Positions 1 to 13,492 are shown, counted from the stretch's first letter. The stretch is DNA of 64,000 nt from Octopus vulgaris (GCA_951406725.2 OX597816.1:61070001-61134000); one strand, 5' to 3'. Made by a program: numbers and translations. The notes: generated by a model from the letters alone, not told the origin.

Positions 1-1034
1 TGCAGCGAATGTTTTCGCCACGGAAACTCGTCGGAGAGGAGAGAGAGATACAACAACAACAACAGCAGCAGCACGAAGAGATACAGAGGCAACCGAGAGA
101 GACACAAAGAGGCAAGGCAGCTGGCTTACATTTAACAACTAGTTTATATGACAATCAATTGTTACAACATCAATTACATATCAAGATACATCAAAGCATT
201 TAAACATGCAAGTAACAACATATCAAATACAATACATCATACAGGTATACCACAGACCAAAGCATTTAAACGTGCAGAAACAATATAACAGTCCGGTAAC
301 AACACATCAAGTTCAATAACAACAGCAATTAAAGAGTACACGTCCGGAGACACAGTTCTGTTTCAAAACACATTAAAGGCATATACAGTTCAAAGGACAT
401 TACAGGCCTAACAGTTCAATGTTCATTATACAATGTTCAAATCACAACACTGTACACAATGTCCTTACACATTTCACATTGTTCTTTTCAATCCCTTTTT
501 ACTGTCTCATTTCTTTTCACTGTTCAATACATCGATTCTTTTTTCCTTCTTTTTCTTCACATATCAATACACAATTCACGTACCTTACATTAGCCAACGC
601 CTCATATTGTACTTCCTCTCTCTCAGTACCGCTAGCTCCAACTTGCCAAACTCTTGCCCCGAATTCCCAAATCCTCGCTCCTAAAATCCCAACCGCTCGC
701 TTTGACGACCAAATACCGACTCTGAAAACCTCTTGCTCTCTCACCACCCTCAATCTCCCCTAGCACTGCTAATATTTTCTCTATTACCGCTTGGCCCTAT
801 CTGCCTATCTTTATCGACGCTGTCACTGTCATCCTCTCTCCTAGTTCTCAGATTCCTAACTCTGTCTTTCTCACTACTTTCTTCTTCCTCTTCTTCAAGT
901 GGTGTTTAGAACGAACTTCAGTTCACCCGAAAGGGGTCGCAGGTCTACCCAGAACCGATCAATCCACCTGAATCTGACAGGACAATGGGTTTATCCCAAA
1001 AGTAGGTCACAGCTAACTGTCCTTAAGTTGAACC

Positions 1035-1083
<49 letters not shown>

Positions 1084-1121
1084 TTCGTATTTCCTGTTAT
1101 TTATGTTTTGTGACGTCCTAT

Positions 1122-1372
1122 ACCCAGGGTCAGTTTCCTTGGCGTATAGGTTCCCCACCTGGATGGGACGCCGGTCCGTCGCAGGTGAGCTGCAAGATGC
1201 AGTAGGAAAGTCGTGCAGAAAGATTCATCAAAAGTTCGCCATTACCTTCTGCCGGAGCCGCACAGAGGTAAGGTGTTTTGTTCATAAACACATATTGCCC
1301 GGTCTGAAATCCGAACCCGCGATCCCTCGACTGCGAGTCCGCTGCTCTAGCCACTAGGCCATGTACCTCCAC
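1122..1372 (-). mobile_element. tRNA-derived SINE (family C)
   Basis: Minus strand TGGAGGTACATGGCCTAGTGGCTAGAGCAGCGGACTCGCAGTCGAGGGATCGCGGGTTCG has A/B boxes; body is related to copies at 35.2 and 37.1 kb. Confidence 0.7.
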
Positions 1373-1680
<308 letters not shown>

Positions 1681-2169
1681 CTGTTTCTATAAACCTATCT
1701 ATCATATAGCGAGAGAGAGGGGGAGAGGGGGAGAGAGAGACAGATGCATACATACATACTCGAGTTTGTATAATTGTGTATAATATATATATTTACGGAT
1801 ATATGCATATATGTATGTATAGTTAAATATCTATCTATCTGTGTGTGTGTGTGCGTGTGTGTGTGTGTCTTTGCGTCTGTGTTTGTCCCCCTACCGCCGC
1901 TTGACAACCGGTGTTGGCGAGATTTCGTTCCCGTAACTTTGTGGTTCAGCAAAGAAAGACTGATAGTATAAGCACCATGCTTTAAAAAAAAACAATAAGT
2001 AATGGGTTCGATTCATTCGACTAAGAATTCAAGGCGGTGCCCTAGCATGGCCGCAGTCTAATCACTGAAACACGTAAAAGATAAAAGATAAAAGGGGGCG
2101 TCCCCTCCAGTTTTTAATGGCGGTGCTCCAGCACGGCCACAGTCATAGGACTGAAACATGTAAGAGAAT

Positions 2170-2496
<327 letters not shown>

Positions 2497-2849
2497 ACTT
2501 GTGTACGCCTGTGTTATGTACGAAAGCGGAGTTTTCTTTTCTATACACACACACAAACACGCAGCTGACACAGATACACAAATACACATGCATAAACACA
2601 CCTACACACGCACATACATATACACATACTCATTGAGACACACACAGACAATAAAAACGCATGAATAATAAACATACACTAATTACGGACGTATACAGCT
2701 GTATATAAGTTATCTATGCAACACAGAGACAAAAAGATGTGAAGAAAAAAATTTGCTGAGCTCGCCAAAATTTCAAGCAGCTGTTTAGGCTAGTGACATA
2801 AACTTTACATAGTTCAGTACCTTTAAATTGTAACCCAGTTTCATGCGAA

Positions 2850-2921
2850 GCGTCGGTGGTGTAACGGTTAGCATGGTTGCCTTCCAAGCAGTCGATCCGG
2901 GTTCGACTCCCGGCCGACGCA
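2850..2921 (+). tRNA. trnG-TCC: tRNA-Gly(TCC), intact
   Basis: GCGTCGGTGGTGTAACGGTTAGCATGGTTGCCTTCCAAGCAGTCGATCCGGGTTCGACTCCCGGCCGACGCA: 72-nt cloverleaf, anticodon TCC, A/B boxes, poly-T Pol III terminator downstream. Confidence 0.97.
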
Positions 2922-3630
2922 TCCCTTCGTTTTTTTTGTTTTTTTTTAATTAATTAATTGAATGATTAAGTTTATTTAACAATCATGTAGTCACGGGTTT
3001 GATCCTCTCGCACGGAACCTTGGACAAAAGTCTTATGAACTCGGGTCGAAGCAGGGCTCATAAGTGAAATTGCTTTCATTGAAACTATTGAGACATGTAT
3101 CACATGGATTGAGCATGTAATTCAAAATGTGCATGTTTATGGAATACTCAGCCACTTACAACCTAAGTCAGTGAGTAGACCATTCCGTTTTTCGAACGAC
3201 TGGAACATTCTTTTACTTCATTCAGTCAATGGACTGCAGCCATGCAGGGACGGCGCCTTAAAGGGGATTTGTTGAACAAATTAATCCCAGTATATATTTT
3301 TAAATCTGGTCCTTATTCGATCGGTTACTCGCCAAGCCGCGAAGTACGGGGACATAAATTAACCTACACCATTTGTCAAGCGGTAGTGGAGACAATCGTT
3401 TGCGCGCGCACATACATACATGCATACGTTTGTGTGTGTGTAGATGCGCTTTCACACATATTCCATCTATCAATTTCCGCATCAAAGAGCCGGGGATTTA
3501 TCCCGGAGGCTTGATAAACCTTGGTACGCTGTGCAAAATTCTCTCAAGCTGAGTGAGAAAGTGTATAAAGAGGGAAAATGGCACCTCATGAGCTGTCCCC
3601 TGATAATAAAACCATGCGTTCAGCAACGAT

Positions 3631-4045
3631 GGCGTAGGAGTGGCTGTGTGGTAAGTAGCTTGATTGCGAACCACATGGTTCCGGGTTCAGTCCCACTGCG
3701 TGGCACCTTGGGCAAGTGTCTTCTACTATATCTTCGCGCCGACCAAAGCCTTGTGAGTAGATTTGGTAGACGGAAACTGGAAGAAGCACGTCGTATATAT
3801 GTATGTATATATATTTATGTATGTGTGTGTGTATATATGTTTGTGTTTGTCCCCCCCCCAACGTCGCTTGACAACCGATTTTCGTGTGTTTACGTCCCCG
3901 TAACTTAGCGGTTCGGCGAAAGAGACCGATAGAATAAGTACTATGCTTACAAAGAATACGTCCTGGGGTCGATTTGCTCGACTAAAAGGCGGTGCTCCAG
4001 CATGGCCACAGTCAAATGAACGAAACAAGTAAAAGAGTAAAAGAG
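3631..4045 (+). mobile_element. tRNA-derived SINE (family A, CORE-like domain), full length
   Basis: Head GGCGTAGGAGTGGCTGTGTGGTAAG...GGTTCAGTCCC, central CCTTGGGCAAGTG, internal (TA)/(TG) tract, GTAAAAGA tail; more than 10 copies in the window. Confidence 0.88.
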
Positions 4046-4072
4046 AAACAAAATACAGGCTCAGCGGAACTT

Positions 4073-4660
4073 CTAAACACAACAGATCCGCGGCAATTTT
4101 GCTACCAGCTTCACCTTGTTTATCCAGGCCACCACATCGCCTTGGCCAGAGAATGGTCTCAATATGTCGTTGCCGGGGCTAATTTTCGATGCCATATTTT
4201 ACCGTGGACAGTAGATTTTTTTTTCTTTGGACGCTATGCAATGAGCCGAAATAGTTTGTGGTATGAAGAGGAAATAAACAAAAAGGAGAATTGAGGCTTT
4301 CTTACCTGTCGATTTGGAGAGAGCGTTCTCTCACCACCCACTTGGTCGTTTCCTCTGTTGGTCGTACACACACATCTTGATTTCGTGCTGTCCGGCTGCA
4401 CTTTCCCTCTTCTTGTGCCTGCTGCTCGTGCACTCTTCCGCACTTCCGCCCTTATGGACTCCCGATAGCGCCTACCCACTCTCCCACTTCCGCCTTCACC
4501 ACAGCTTCAGCTCAATACCAGACAATCCAAATGCCTGACTCGACAAAGTATTTCAGCGTCGCATGCCCAATCATTAGAGACTTACGCATGGAGCCCTTTT
4601 CAGAGTACTGAAGTCTAAACATGCAATTATGAAATTAGTCTCGCTACATGTTTATCACAT
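4073..4660 (-). mobile_element. LTR retrotransposon relic (probable LTR plus 5' end of Gypsy-type gag)
   Basis: 4195->4073 translates MASKISPGNDILRPFSGQGDVVAWINKVKLVAKLPRI, resembling Gypsy gag N-termini (PFSGxGDVxxW); right boundary uncertain. Confidence 0.5.
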
Positions 4661-4809
4661 GGGTTGTGCGCGTTATTTAAAAGGTGTACTTTTCGGTAGG
4701 CCTAATAGAAAGTAGAATGAACTAACACGTGTACCGAAATTCAAACCCCTTCCCGGGGGAATGAAAACTTATATATAAGGAGGGTAAATCTAAATACTGT
4801 AATGTTAAG

Positions 4810-5155
4810 AGGCTCACTTTGCAACCTCGTGGGTTCAGTTCCTCTGCATGGCAACGTGGGTATGTGTCTTGTACTTTAGCCCTGGGCTGACCAATGTCTT
4901 GTGAATAAAATTTGTAGACGGAATCTGTGTGAAAACCCGTCGGATATGCATGTGTGTCCGCGTGTGTGTGAATGTGTCCAGCAAAACTTGACAACCGGTG
5001 TTGGTTAGTTTATGTCTCCGTGACTTAACGGTTTGGAAAAAACAAGCGATGGGATAAGTATCAGACTTTAAAATATGAGCTGGGTTCAATTTGCTCAATT
5101 AAATCCTTTGAGGCGTGTCCCAGCATGGACATGGTCGAATAACTAAAAGAAACAA
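4810..5155 (+). mobile_element. diverged family A SINE
   Basis: Degenerate match to the family A body and tail. Confidence 0.6.
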
Positions 5156-5435
5156 AAAAAAAAGGGTTCCAGTTGTTCGAAAAACAGAATGGTCTATTCA
5201 TTGAATCAGATTGTAAGTGGCTGAGTATTCCATAAGCATACACCCTTTGAATTATGTGTACAATCGATGTGATAAACTTCTCAACAGTTTCAGTGCAACA
5301 GTTTCACTCACAAGCCCTTCTTTCATCCCGAGTTTATGATGAAAGACCCTTGTGTGATAGAATCAAACCCGTGACTACACGATAGTAAAATAAACTTCTT
5401 TATCACTTAGTTAAAAAAAAGAAAAAAAAAAAAGC

Positions 5436-5507
5436 TGCGTCGGCCGGGAGTCGAACCCGGATCGACTGCTTGGAAGGCAACCATGCTAACCGTTACACCA
5501 CCGACGC
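5436..5507 (-). tRNA. trnG-TCC: tRNA-Gly(TCC), intact
   Basis: Exact reverse complement of 2850-2921; A-run at 5413-5433 is the T terminator on the minus strand. Confidence 0.97.
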
Positions 5508-5738
5508 CTCTCGTAAATGCTATTGCCAATTTCAAGATACTAAGTTATGCAGAGTTTGGGGAATTACAACCGTCTTTCGTGGTCTGCTACCACAACAGCT
5601 CCTTTATAGGATCCAGTTAGCTCAAGACATCATCAGGAGGAACCACGTCTGGTTTCGGCAGCTGCTTCAAGGTTTTACTGAACTCAGCAAATTTTTTCTT
5701 TGCTAATTTTTATTTGTGTGTTACATGCATACTCGTGT

Positions 5739-5796
<58 letters not shown>

Positions 5797-5798
<2 letters not shown>

Positions 5799-5956
5799 AT
5801 ATTTTAACATGTATAAGAAACCCTTTTTTATCAAAAATTAGGTTTAAAAAATATGGAAGTTTCTTATACATGGATAGCATTGTAATCCCTAACAAAACCT
5901 TTTTTCCAAATGTTAAGCCCTAAAAATTAGGGGGTTCCTTATACACGTTAAAATAC
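5797..5956. mobile_element. small Tc1/pogo-like MITE
   Basis: Imperfect TIRs CCATATTTTAACATGTATAAG / CTTATACACGTTAAAATAC, embedded in (TA)n. Confidence 0.5.
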
Positions 5957-5971
5957 TTTTTATTATATATG

Positions 5972-6043
<72 letters not shown>

Positions 6044-6260
6044 ATTTGAAAACCCCACTGGAATGGGAGAAAGCGCTAATAATCCGAATGATATGATCTG
6101 AATGATATGATAGATATATATATGTAAAAAATGTAATATATAAATAAATATCTATAAATATGAACCATCCGATCTGATTACCTCATTTTTTCTAATATAT
6201 ATATATATATATGCATATCGTCAGAAATTCATATAACCGAAAAAAAAGAAGCATATTCTA

Positions 6261-6594
6261 AAGTTAAAAGTTATGACCAGTCATAGAGTGACTATTAGTT
6301 ACGCATTTATAAAACGCTTAGCAGTATAGGCAACTCGTTCGACTCAAATGGTTGAAGGTGCACAATATCTATACAACTGGAGGAAGAAATACGTAACGTT
6401 CAGTTGGTTTTGTAAACAAAATTATTTCTCCATGTTGCGGTCAGGAACCAATTGACTGCTACGTATTTCTTCTTCCAGTTGTAGAGAGGTCAAGTGCTTT
6501 CAGCCATTTGAGTTCAACTAATCGCCTATACTGTTAAGCGCTTTATAGGTGCAAAACCAAAGGTCGCTCTGTGACCGGCCATAACTTTTAACTT
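6261..6594. mobile_element. old palindromic (foldback) MITE
   Basis: Arms pair along most of their length, e.g. AAGTTAAAAGTTATGACCAGTCATAGAGTGAC / GTCGCTCTGTGACCGGCCATAACTTTTAACTT and TACAACTGGAGGAAGAAATACGTA / TACGTATTTCTTCTTCCAGTTGTA. Confidence 0.7.
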
Positions 6595-6654
6595 CCTAAA
6601 ATGTATACAGTGAGAGAAAGAGTGAGAGGGAGACATATATATACAGGCACACAC

Positions 6655-6840
6655 ATGCATGCATGCATACATACATGCATACATACATGCATACATACAT
6701 ATATACATACATACATACATACATACATACATACATACATACATACATACATACATACATACATACATACATACATACATACATACATACATACATACAT
6801 ACATACATACATACATACATACATACATACATACATACAC
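6655..6840. repeat. (CATA)n microsatellite
   Basis: Seen directly. Confidence 0.95.
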
Positions 6841-7418
6841 GATGGCTCCAAACTCGTGTTTGAGTATTGCCATTGGCTGATCGAAAGTCCCACACATGCA
6901 AAGGCTACGACCAGCCATTTTTGTGATAGGTCTTACTTTTATTTTTCAAGCGATGCCTGTGCATGATGATTCTTTTACAGTGGGGAAAGGATTTGCACAA
7001 ATCCAATCCCACTCTCGGAACATGGACAACATAAACTCGAAAAGAAGAACCAGTCTACATCATCGAACATTGGCAGTGTCGCAGGTTTCCCTCTCCTAAA
7101 GAGATGTTTTGACAGCAAGGGGATCTCCCACTCCCAGTCGGCCAACTGCACGCCTGGACACCAACCCAGGTATTTCCACGTCCCCGTGCATACATACATG
7201 TATGTATACACATGTACACATATTGTTGGCTTGCTGTTGACTGTTCATGGGCTCTTCCATCCTTTGACAGGTCTCGTTTTTCGTCCTGCAAGGTGTCCAA
7301 CAATCACTCTTCTCACCAAGCAAGCTTGATGGCGTTGCCGGTTTAGTCGCCGACAACCTGACCATGTAACAGGTTGTACTGGGTTACAAGTTACCAGGAG
7401 CACCCAAGAGCAACCTGA
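6841..7418 (-). mobile_element. degenerate 5' part of an RTE-like LINE (UTR plus APE endonuclease relic)
   Basis: Minus-strand traces WFFFSS...SGIGFV and GNTQTRVW resemble APE motifs (FFWSG..GVGF, GDFNARVG). Confidence 0.4.
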
Positions 7419-7486
7419 CATACATACATACATACATACATACATACATACATACATACATACATACATACATACATACATACATA

Positions 7487-7999
7487 CCGTAAATCCTCGA
7501 GTATGGTCCGCCCTTGAGTATAATACGCAGGGGATTTTTAGGGGGCTGTACCTCTGAAAAACCTAAACCTTGTGTATAATACGCACCCCTTCTCTAACTT
7601 GAGTCAAGGAGGTCTATATAACGTCCTTGGTTTGTAAAAATGTATACGGTAACGTCCTTTATTATTATTATATATATATAACATAATGCAAACGTGTAGC
7701 TTTTTTGTGCATTTTGTTTGCAGTGAATAAAGAAATAACAGTAATAACGTTTAATAAATGTTGCTTACTGCAAGTTATGGATGATTCTTTTATGACCTCA
7801 TTGCTTTCAGGCTTAGCTTAAGACATTTTCGCGCCCGACATCACAAAATGCGTCTGAATAAACATTGCCGACAGAAAACAGAGACTCGGACATTGCTTAG
7901 AAAATATTTTTCGTTTTCAACCTCGTATATAGTACGCACTAGGGATTTTGACCTTTTAATTCTGGGGGGAAAATGCGGATTATACTCGAGGACTTACGG
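7487..7999 (-). mobile_element. pogo/Tc1-type MITE, complete
   Basis: TIRs CCGTAAATCCTCGAGTAT / ATACTCGAGGACTTACGG, TA on both sides; inverted relative to copies at 11477 and 43244. Confidence 0.85.
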
Positions 8000-9055
8000 T
8001 ACATACATACATACACACATACATACAATGTAAACAGACGTCGTCAATTTGGTATCCTTCTATCTCTATTTCGTTTCCCCCTCCCTCTCTAATTCTAATT
8101 TTGTTTCATAAACCGAAACGGTTTTTATTCGTTGTATTTATTTTCCTTACGCACAACCTTTAGCTGTATTGTTTCATTTCAAATGTCTACACTTTTATTT
8201 TCTACCACGCATTTTACTTGTCTAACTTTTTATTTACTAGAGTCCGATACCCGTTTCTTTGCTGAGAACAAGGTGAAAGGAAGACCTGAACCTGTCTGAA
8301 AATGAAAATATTTCTTCGCACATTAATATTTTACTGTTGAGCAACGAGTCACAACACCTCCCTGTCACTCTCCCCGCAAGAAATGCAATTAAACAGTGTT
8401 CGACTCGTGGGAAAGCTGTAACTACCAACATTATTATTCACAAATTCGCAAATCGGTGAAAAGATATAGGAAGAGAAAGAGAAAACGAGTATAATGTTGA
8501 ATTAATTCGTCTATTTTCCCACCAAATGCGTTGACGGCGATTGCTTCTCAACTACACGAATAAAACAATGGAAGTGGATTCATTGCCCTTCCTTCTTTTT
8601 CTCAATTTGAAAAACTGTATCTATTTTGATTCTTATAAATAGTCTTAAATTCGACTTCATTCAGAAAATGGCCTGTTTAGACGGAAATACGTTTATGCGA
8701 TTGGAGTTTTATGGTTATATATTTTTGTTATCAAAGAAATTAATACGAAATAAAGAAAAAACATTCTACATTTGGATGTTAATTATTATTGCTATGAAGT
8801 AACTAAATATGGAATATATTTTCTTCCCATTACAGAAATAAAATGGATGCACCAATCAAAAAGCATCATTATTAATGATATTAAACATTATAAGTTTCAG
8901 TTTCTGACAGAAAAGAAATACAGACCTCTTTCTCTTTTCTGTCAGATAATTGATTCTTATAATGTTTAATATCAGTTTACATTGAATAATTACAGCACTT
9001 AATTCATTCCTGATATGATAACTATTCAAAAACTATCACTCAAGCAGTGTGTGCG

Positions 9056-9117
<62 letters not shown>

Positions 9118-9695
9118 CGTGTGTGTGTGTGTGCGTGCGTGAGCGCGCGCGTATATATGCGTGTGATAATTATTGCTGTTGCTGTTATTGATGTCGTTAT
9201 TGCTATTTCTACTGCTGCTGCTCATGATGATGATCATCATCATCAGCTCTGATCAAGAAAGCCTCTAATTTAAGCGTTCCAGCCATAAACATCCCATCTT
9301 ATTTTCATACATCCAAGACTGCATTATCGAATATGTCCTTCCGATTTTAAGATGGTAGAGGTAATTTGGCTAGTATTGTTAGCACGAAGAGGTTCCCACG
9401 TTAGTCTCTTATTGCTGTAGGAGTACGCGCCATCACATGTCTATATCTCTGGGTATCCAGCCTCTTGGATCAAACTACTCACCAATTAACAATATTTAAC
9501 GGTCAAAATATTTCTTGACCTATCTCGGAAGTTGTGTACAAAAAGACAAGAGTTTCATTAAAAATTCAAAACATCTCTGTAGTTAACAATCATATTCTGT
9601 CAGATGAAAACTATTTTATTTCTTGTCAAATGAAGGTAGAGGATCAATATCTGTGATGTACTCAGCCTAAAACTGAATATATCAATACAAAATCT

Positions 9696-9960
9696 GACCA
9701 ACATCAGTATCCATCCTAATAATTTTACCGTCAGTTGGATTCACTATACAATTGTTTGATAACCGGATTCACTCTACAGTTTATTGATAACAAAAGGATT
9801 TATCTTAAACTTGACAATTGTGCGAATTCATCCGTTTGCCGACAGATGGATTCATTTTATATTTGATAGGCATATTGGTTCATGGCAACACTTCGTTGAC
9901 AATTTGATCCATCTTACGCGCCGATCCATAAATCATTTAGCTGACAATTAGATCCTTTAG
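9696..9960 (+). repeat. degenerate ~28-bp periodic motif array (GAYA..GGATTCA core)
   Basis: Core starts at about 9696, 9730, 9758, 9786, 9813, 9841, 9865, 9898 and 9943. Confidence 0.55.
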
Positions 9961-10272
9961 TTGAAGCTAGGTTTGAAATATGTGACGATTTTTCGTGTTA
10001 ACTTCAAAAATATAAACTTAGGCAAAATTGCATCACAAAGACTAGGCTTTCTTTTTCATGGACAGAAAATGCTTCGATCCGGACCAGTTAACTTACTCTC
10101 GTGAAAACTTTCAAATAAGACTCACTTAGGAATTGTATACGCATATCTGAGAATCGAAACTATGATGTCTATATTCATTTTCAAAGTGTCACAGAGTTAC
10201 CCTACAACAATGAATTGAGTGTATTGCCAACACACAGCTCCTAAAAGTAAAATGTGTCCACGAACATATTGC

Positions 10273-10559
10273 AATATGCTTTATTGGGATCTGTTCGTGC
10301 GGTTGCTCAGAGTATTTCTTATGAGGTTAGAATATCTTTAATTTTAATAAGTTGTTTATTATTGGTGGGGAGAATAAATTGGCTTAATTTATTGAAATAT
10401 CAGTATATTTGTTGGATTTCTTTTTGTTATTTTTTTATATTTATAATGTGAGTTGTATCAATAATTTCAGAGACTCATCGGGCTCCATTTGATTTTGCTG
10501 CGGGAGAATCAGAATTAGTTTCTGGCAGTGGGGTTGAATATGGAGCAGTGGGGTTTGCA
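10273..10559 (+). pseudogene. ND1: NUMT: mitochondrial NADH dehydrogenase subunit 1 fragment
   Basis: In the invertebrate mitochondrial code reads YALLGSVRAVAQSISYEVSMSLIL...[37 protein letters not shown]; hallmark ND1 motifs; in-frame TGA read as Trp. Confidence 0.93.
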
Positions 10560-11476
10560 AGATGTTCAGGAGCACATAATTCGCGTAACTCGGAGAATTC
10601 CTGCATAAGGAAGAAAGAGAGTGGTAGGGTTGATGATTGCAACTTCTTACCGACTGCATACATTTGACGGGGTCAGTTTTGATTTGACTTATCAGTTTTT
10701 ATTAAGGCGGCGAGCTGGCAGAATCGTTAGCACGCCGGGGAAAATGCCTAGCGGCATTTCGTAGGTCTTTAAGTTCTAAGTTCAAATTGTTAAGATGTTG
10801 GTGGTGATCTTGATTGAGATGATTGTGATGACAATGGCGTTACTCTTCTTTTCTTGTTACTGTTTGGGTCCAGGTCTTCACTAAAAGAGTTGACCTACAG
10901 TCAAAAGGTGTTCCGTTCATAAATATATATTCAGAAAATACCTTTTCCCTAAGCCATCCATTATGCTAATCTGACTCCAGCTTCCACCGATACGGAAAAG
11001 ACTTATCCAAGAATTCTTATGCTGAACAACTCCAGAGAATATCTTCCACTTAACTGATTAAACACTCGCAATTATTCATGATTCATTAATAAACAGCAAA
11101 AGTTTGCCTGACCTTTACTCTCAGCCAAAACCTTGTCTTTCATCTTAGCACTAAGCTAATTTGCTTCAGCTATTCAATGATGCAAAACATTTATCCAAGA
11201 ACAGACTTCTTCCATTACCGTGTGCTACAGTATGTCGCAACGTAGATGAGGTTTTTGTAGGAAATTGAATTACCACGCGCTAACTCTGCTCACGCCACCT
11301 CCACTAATTTTACTTGACCAACCAGGAAAAGGATAATAACAGTTCCATATCTCTTTACAAATAAATATTGAGGACAGCGGGAGCAATCATTGCTATATCT
11401 TCGTCAGCTATTGGATATAGCATATATTTGACTGAGATCAGGACCAAATGTGATTCAATTCTCATAAAGACGACTA

Positions 11477-12106
11477 CCGTAAATCCTCGAGTATAATCCG
11501 CATTTTTTCCTCAAAATTTAACGATCGAAATCCCTAGTGCGTACTATATACGAGGTTAAAAATGGAAAATATTTTCTAAGAAATGTCCGAGTCTCTATTT
11601 TCTGTCCGACAATGTTTAGTCAGACGCATGTTGTGATGTCGGGCGCGAAAATACCTTAAGCTAAGCCTGTAAGCAATGAAGTCAACTTGCAGTAAGCAAC
11701 ATTTATTAAAAGAAAAGTATTCAGAAATAAATGAAAATGAATCTTCTGATGTTGACTATGAATCTGATGATGATGGAGATTTACACTACAATGATGCTGA
11801 CATGTTTACGGAGAAACAAATGGAACAGTTATTTGATGCTGAAAGTGACGTTGAATTTGAAGGATTTGAATAAATGTTTTTGCTTTTGCTTTTGTAACTG
11901 ATAGCGATAAATATGTAAAGGCAATTTACTTAATATTTATTTTTCACCGACATTATTACTGTTATTTCTTTATTCTCTGCAAACAAAATCCACAAAAAAT
12001 CTATACGTTTGCATTATGTTTATATACAATAATAATAAAGGACGTTAGCGTATACATTTTTACAAACCAAGGAAGTTATATATACCTCCTTGGCTCAAGT
12101 TAGAGA
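11477..12106 (+). mobile_element. pogo-type element, longer deletion derivative with transposase C-terminal acidic tail
   Basis: Same TIR and body as 7487 and 43244, plus an extra segment encoding ...SDVDYESDDD...LFDAESDVEFEGFE* (11676-11873); right end truncated. Confidence 0.75.
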
Positions 12107-12154
12107 CTAATCGTCTCTCATCAAACTTGCTGGCCTCGTGCCTAAATCAGAAAT

Positions 12155-12365
12155 CATTATTACTTTCGCCTTGGCGAAGGCGGAGGCATTGTTTTCAGTC
12201 GTGTTTGTTTGTCTGTCCGTGGACAAGATATCTCAAGAACCCCCGGATGGATTAAGATGAAACTTTCAGGGATGTTTGGTCTCGTGACTGGCACAAACTG
12301 ATTAGATTTGGGGATGGATCCAGTATCGGACAAGGATTCTGAATTATTTTTTATATTTTCTTTAC
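12155..12365 (+). mobile_element. Crypton-like non-autonomous element fragment
   Basis: TTATTACTTTCGCCTTGGCGAAGGCGGAGG..GTTTTC..GTTTGTCTGTCCG..GATATCTCAAGAAC..GGATTAAGATGAAACTTT resembles widespread aquatic Crypton-V-type elements (recalled, not searched). Confidence 0.5.
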
Positions 12366-12471
12366 TTTACATGTATATGTAAAGTTCCACATAGTTCTCT
12401 TGTACTCGCACACACATACACACATATACTCACACATTTTCAGCGTTGAACATTACCATCCCATTTCTCTT

Positions 12472-12509
<38 letters not shown>

Positions 12510-12720
12510 ACACCCACATACACACACAAATACACGCAAACATACCTCTCTTTTACACACACCTATACTCACACTTCAAACGTCGTTTAATCGGCTTTTC
12601 CGCTCTTTCGTTCGTTATTCATCTATCACCCCTTCCTTTCTCATTCATACGACGCTCTCTTTGCCATTTATCTCGTCTACCTTCACCTCTCACTCCGATT
12701 CTATTTCATATATATATATA

Positions 12721-12892
12721 GGCGCAGGAGTGGCTGTGTGGTAAGTAGCTTGCTAACCAACCACATGGTTCCGGGTTCAGTCCCACTGCGTGGTACCTTG
12801 GGCAAGTGTCTTCTATTATAGCCTCGGGCCGACCAATGCCTTGTGAGTGGATTTGGTAGTCGGAAACTGAAAGAAGCCTGTCGTATATATGC

Positions 12893-12928
<36 letters not shown>

Positions 12929-13150
12929 GTGTGTGTGTTTGTGTGTCTGTGTTTGTCTCCCTAGCATTGCTTGATAACCGATGCTGGTGTGTTTACGTCC
13001 CCGTAACTTAGCGGTTCGGCAAAAGAACCGATAGAATAAGTACTAGGCTTACAAAGAATAAGTCCCGGGGTCGAGTTGCTCGATTAAAGGCGGTGCTCCA
13101 GCATGGCCGCAGTCAAATGACTGAAACAAGTAAAAGAGTAAAAGAGAAAG
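12721..13150 (+). mobile_element. family A SINE, full length
   Basis: Near-identical to the 27595 copy. Confidence 0.9.
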
Positions 13151-13492
13151 AATATATAGACAACGCTCATTATTATATTAGGAGATTATACATACATTTT
13201 AATACTTTACAGTATACTTACATATATACATAATTCTATACATCGATCAAAAACAACAGGATTACTAAAGGAAACCGGAATTTAATAGAAGGGAAGATCA
13301 AAAGGTCTCATGATATTCATAGAAGGATTTTATTTCAGCTATTCTCATTTTAAAGATCACTATTTGAAAACTTACTATTTGAAACGTTTCAAATAGTAAA
13401 ATACTTTTTTCTTTTCTTTTTCTTTTCTCACAATAACATCTTTGAAGGAATCATAGAAGTTGCCAGATCGTGGTCGACTTACACAACACGCT

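Noticed and set aside
1-900. Strand-biased segment resembling a LINE end or low-complexity gene
   Set aside because: No recognisable protein motif, and it is truncated by the window edge
5575-5670. Hammerhead-like GAAAC..GTT..CTGATGA on the minus strand
   Set aside because: Stems I and II cannot be formed convincingly
9696-9960. CRISPR-like repeat-spacer appearance
   Set aside because: Eukaryotic context, repeats too short and degenerate, no cas genes; kept only as an unexplained periodic array
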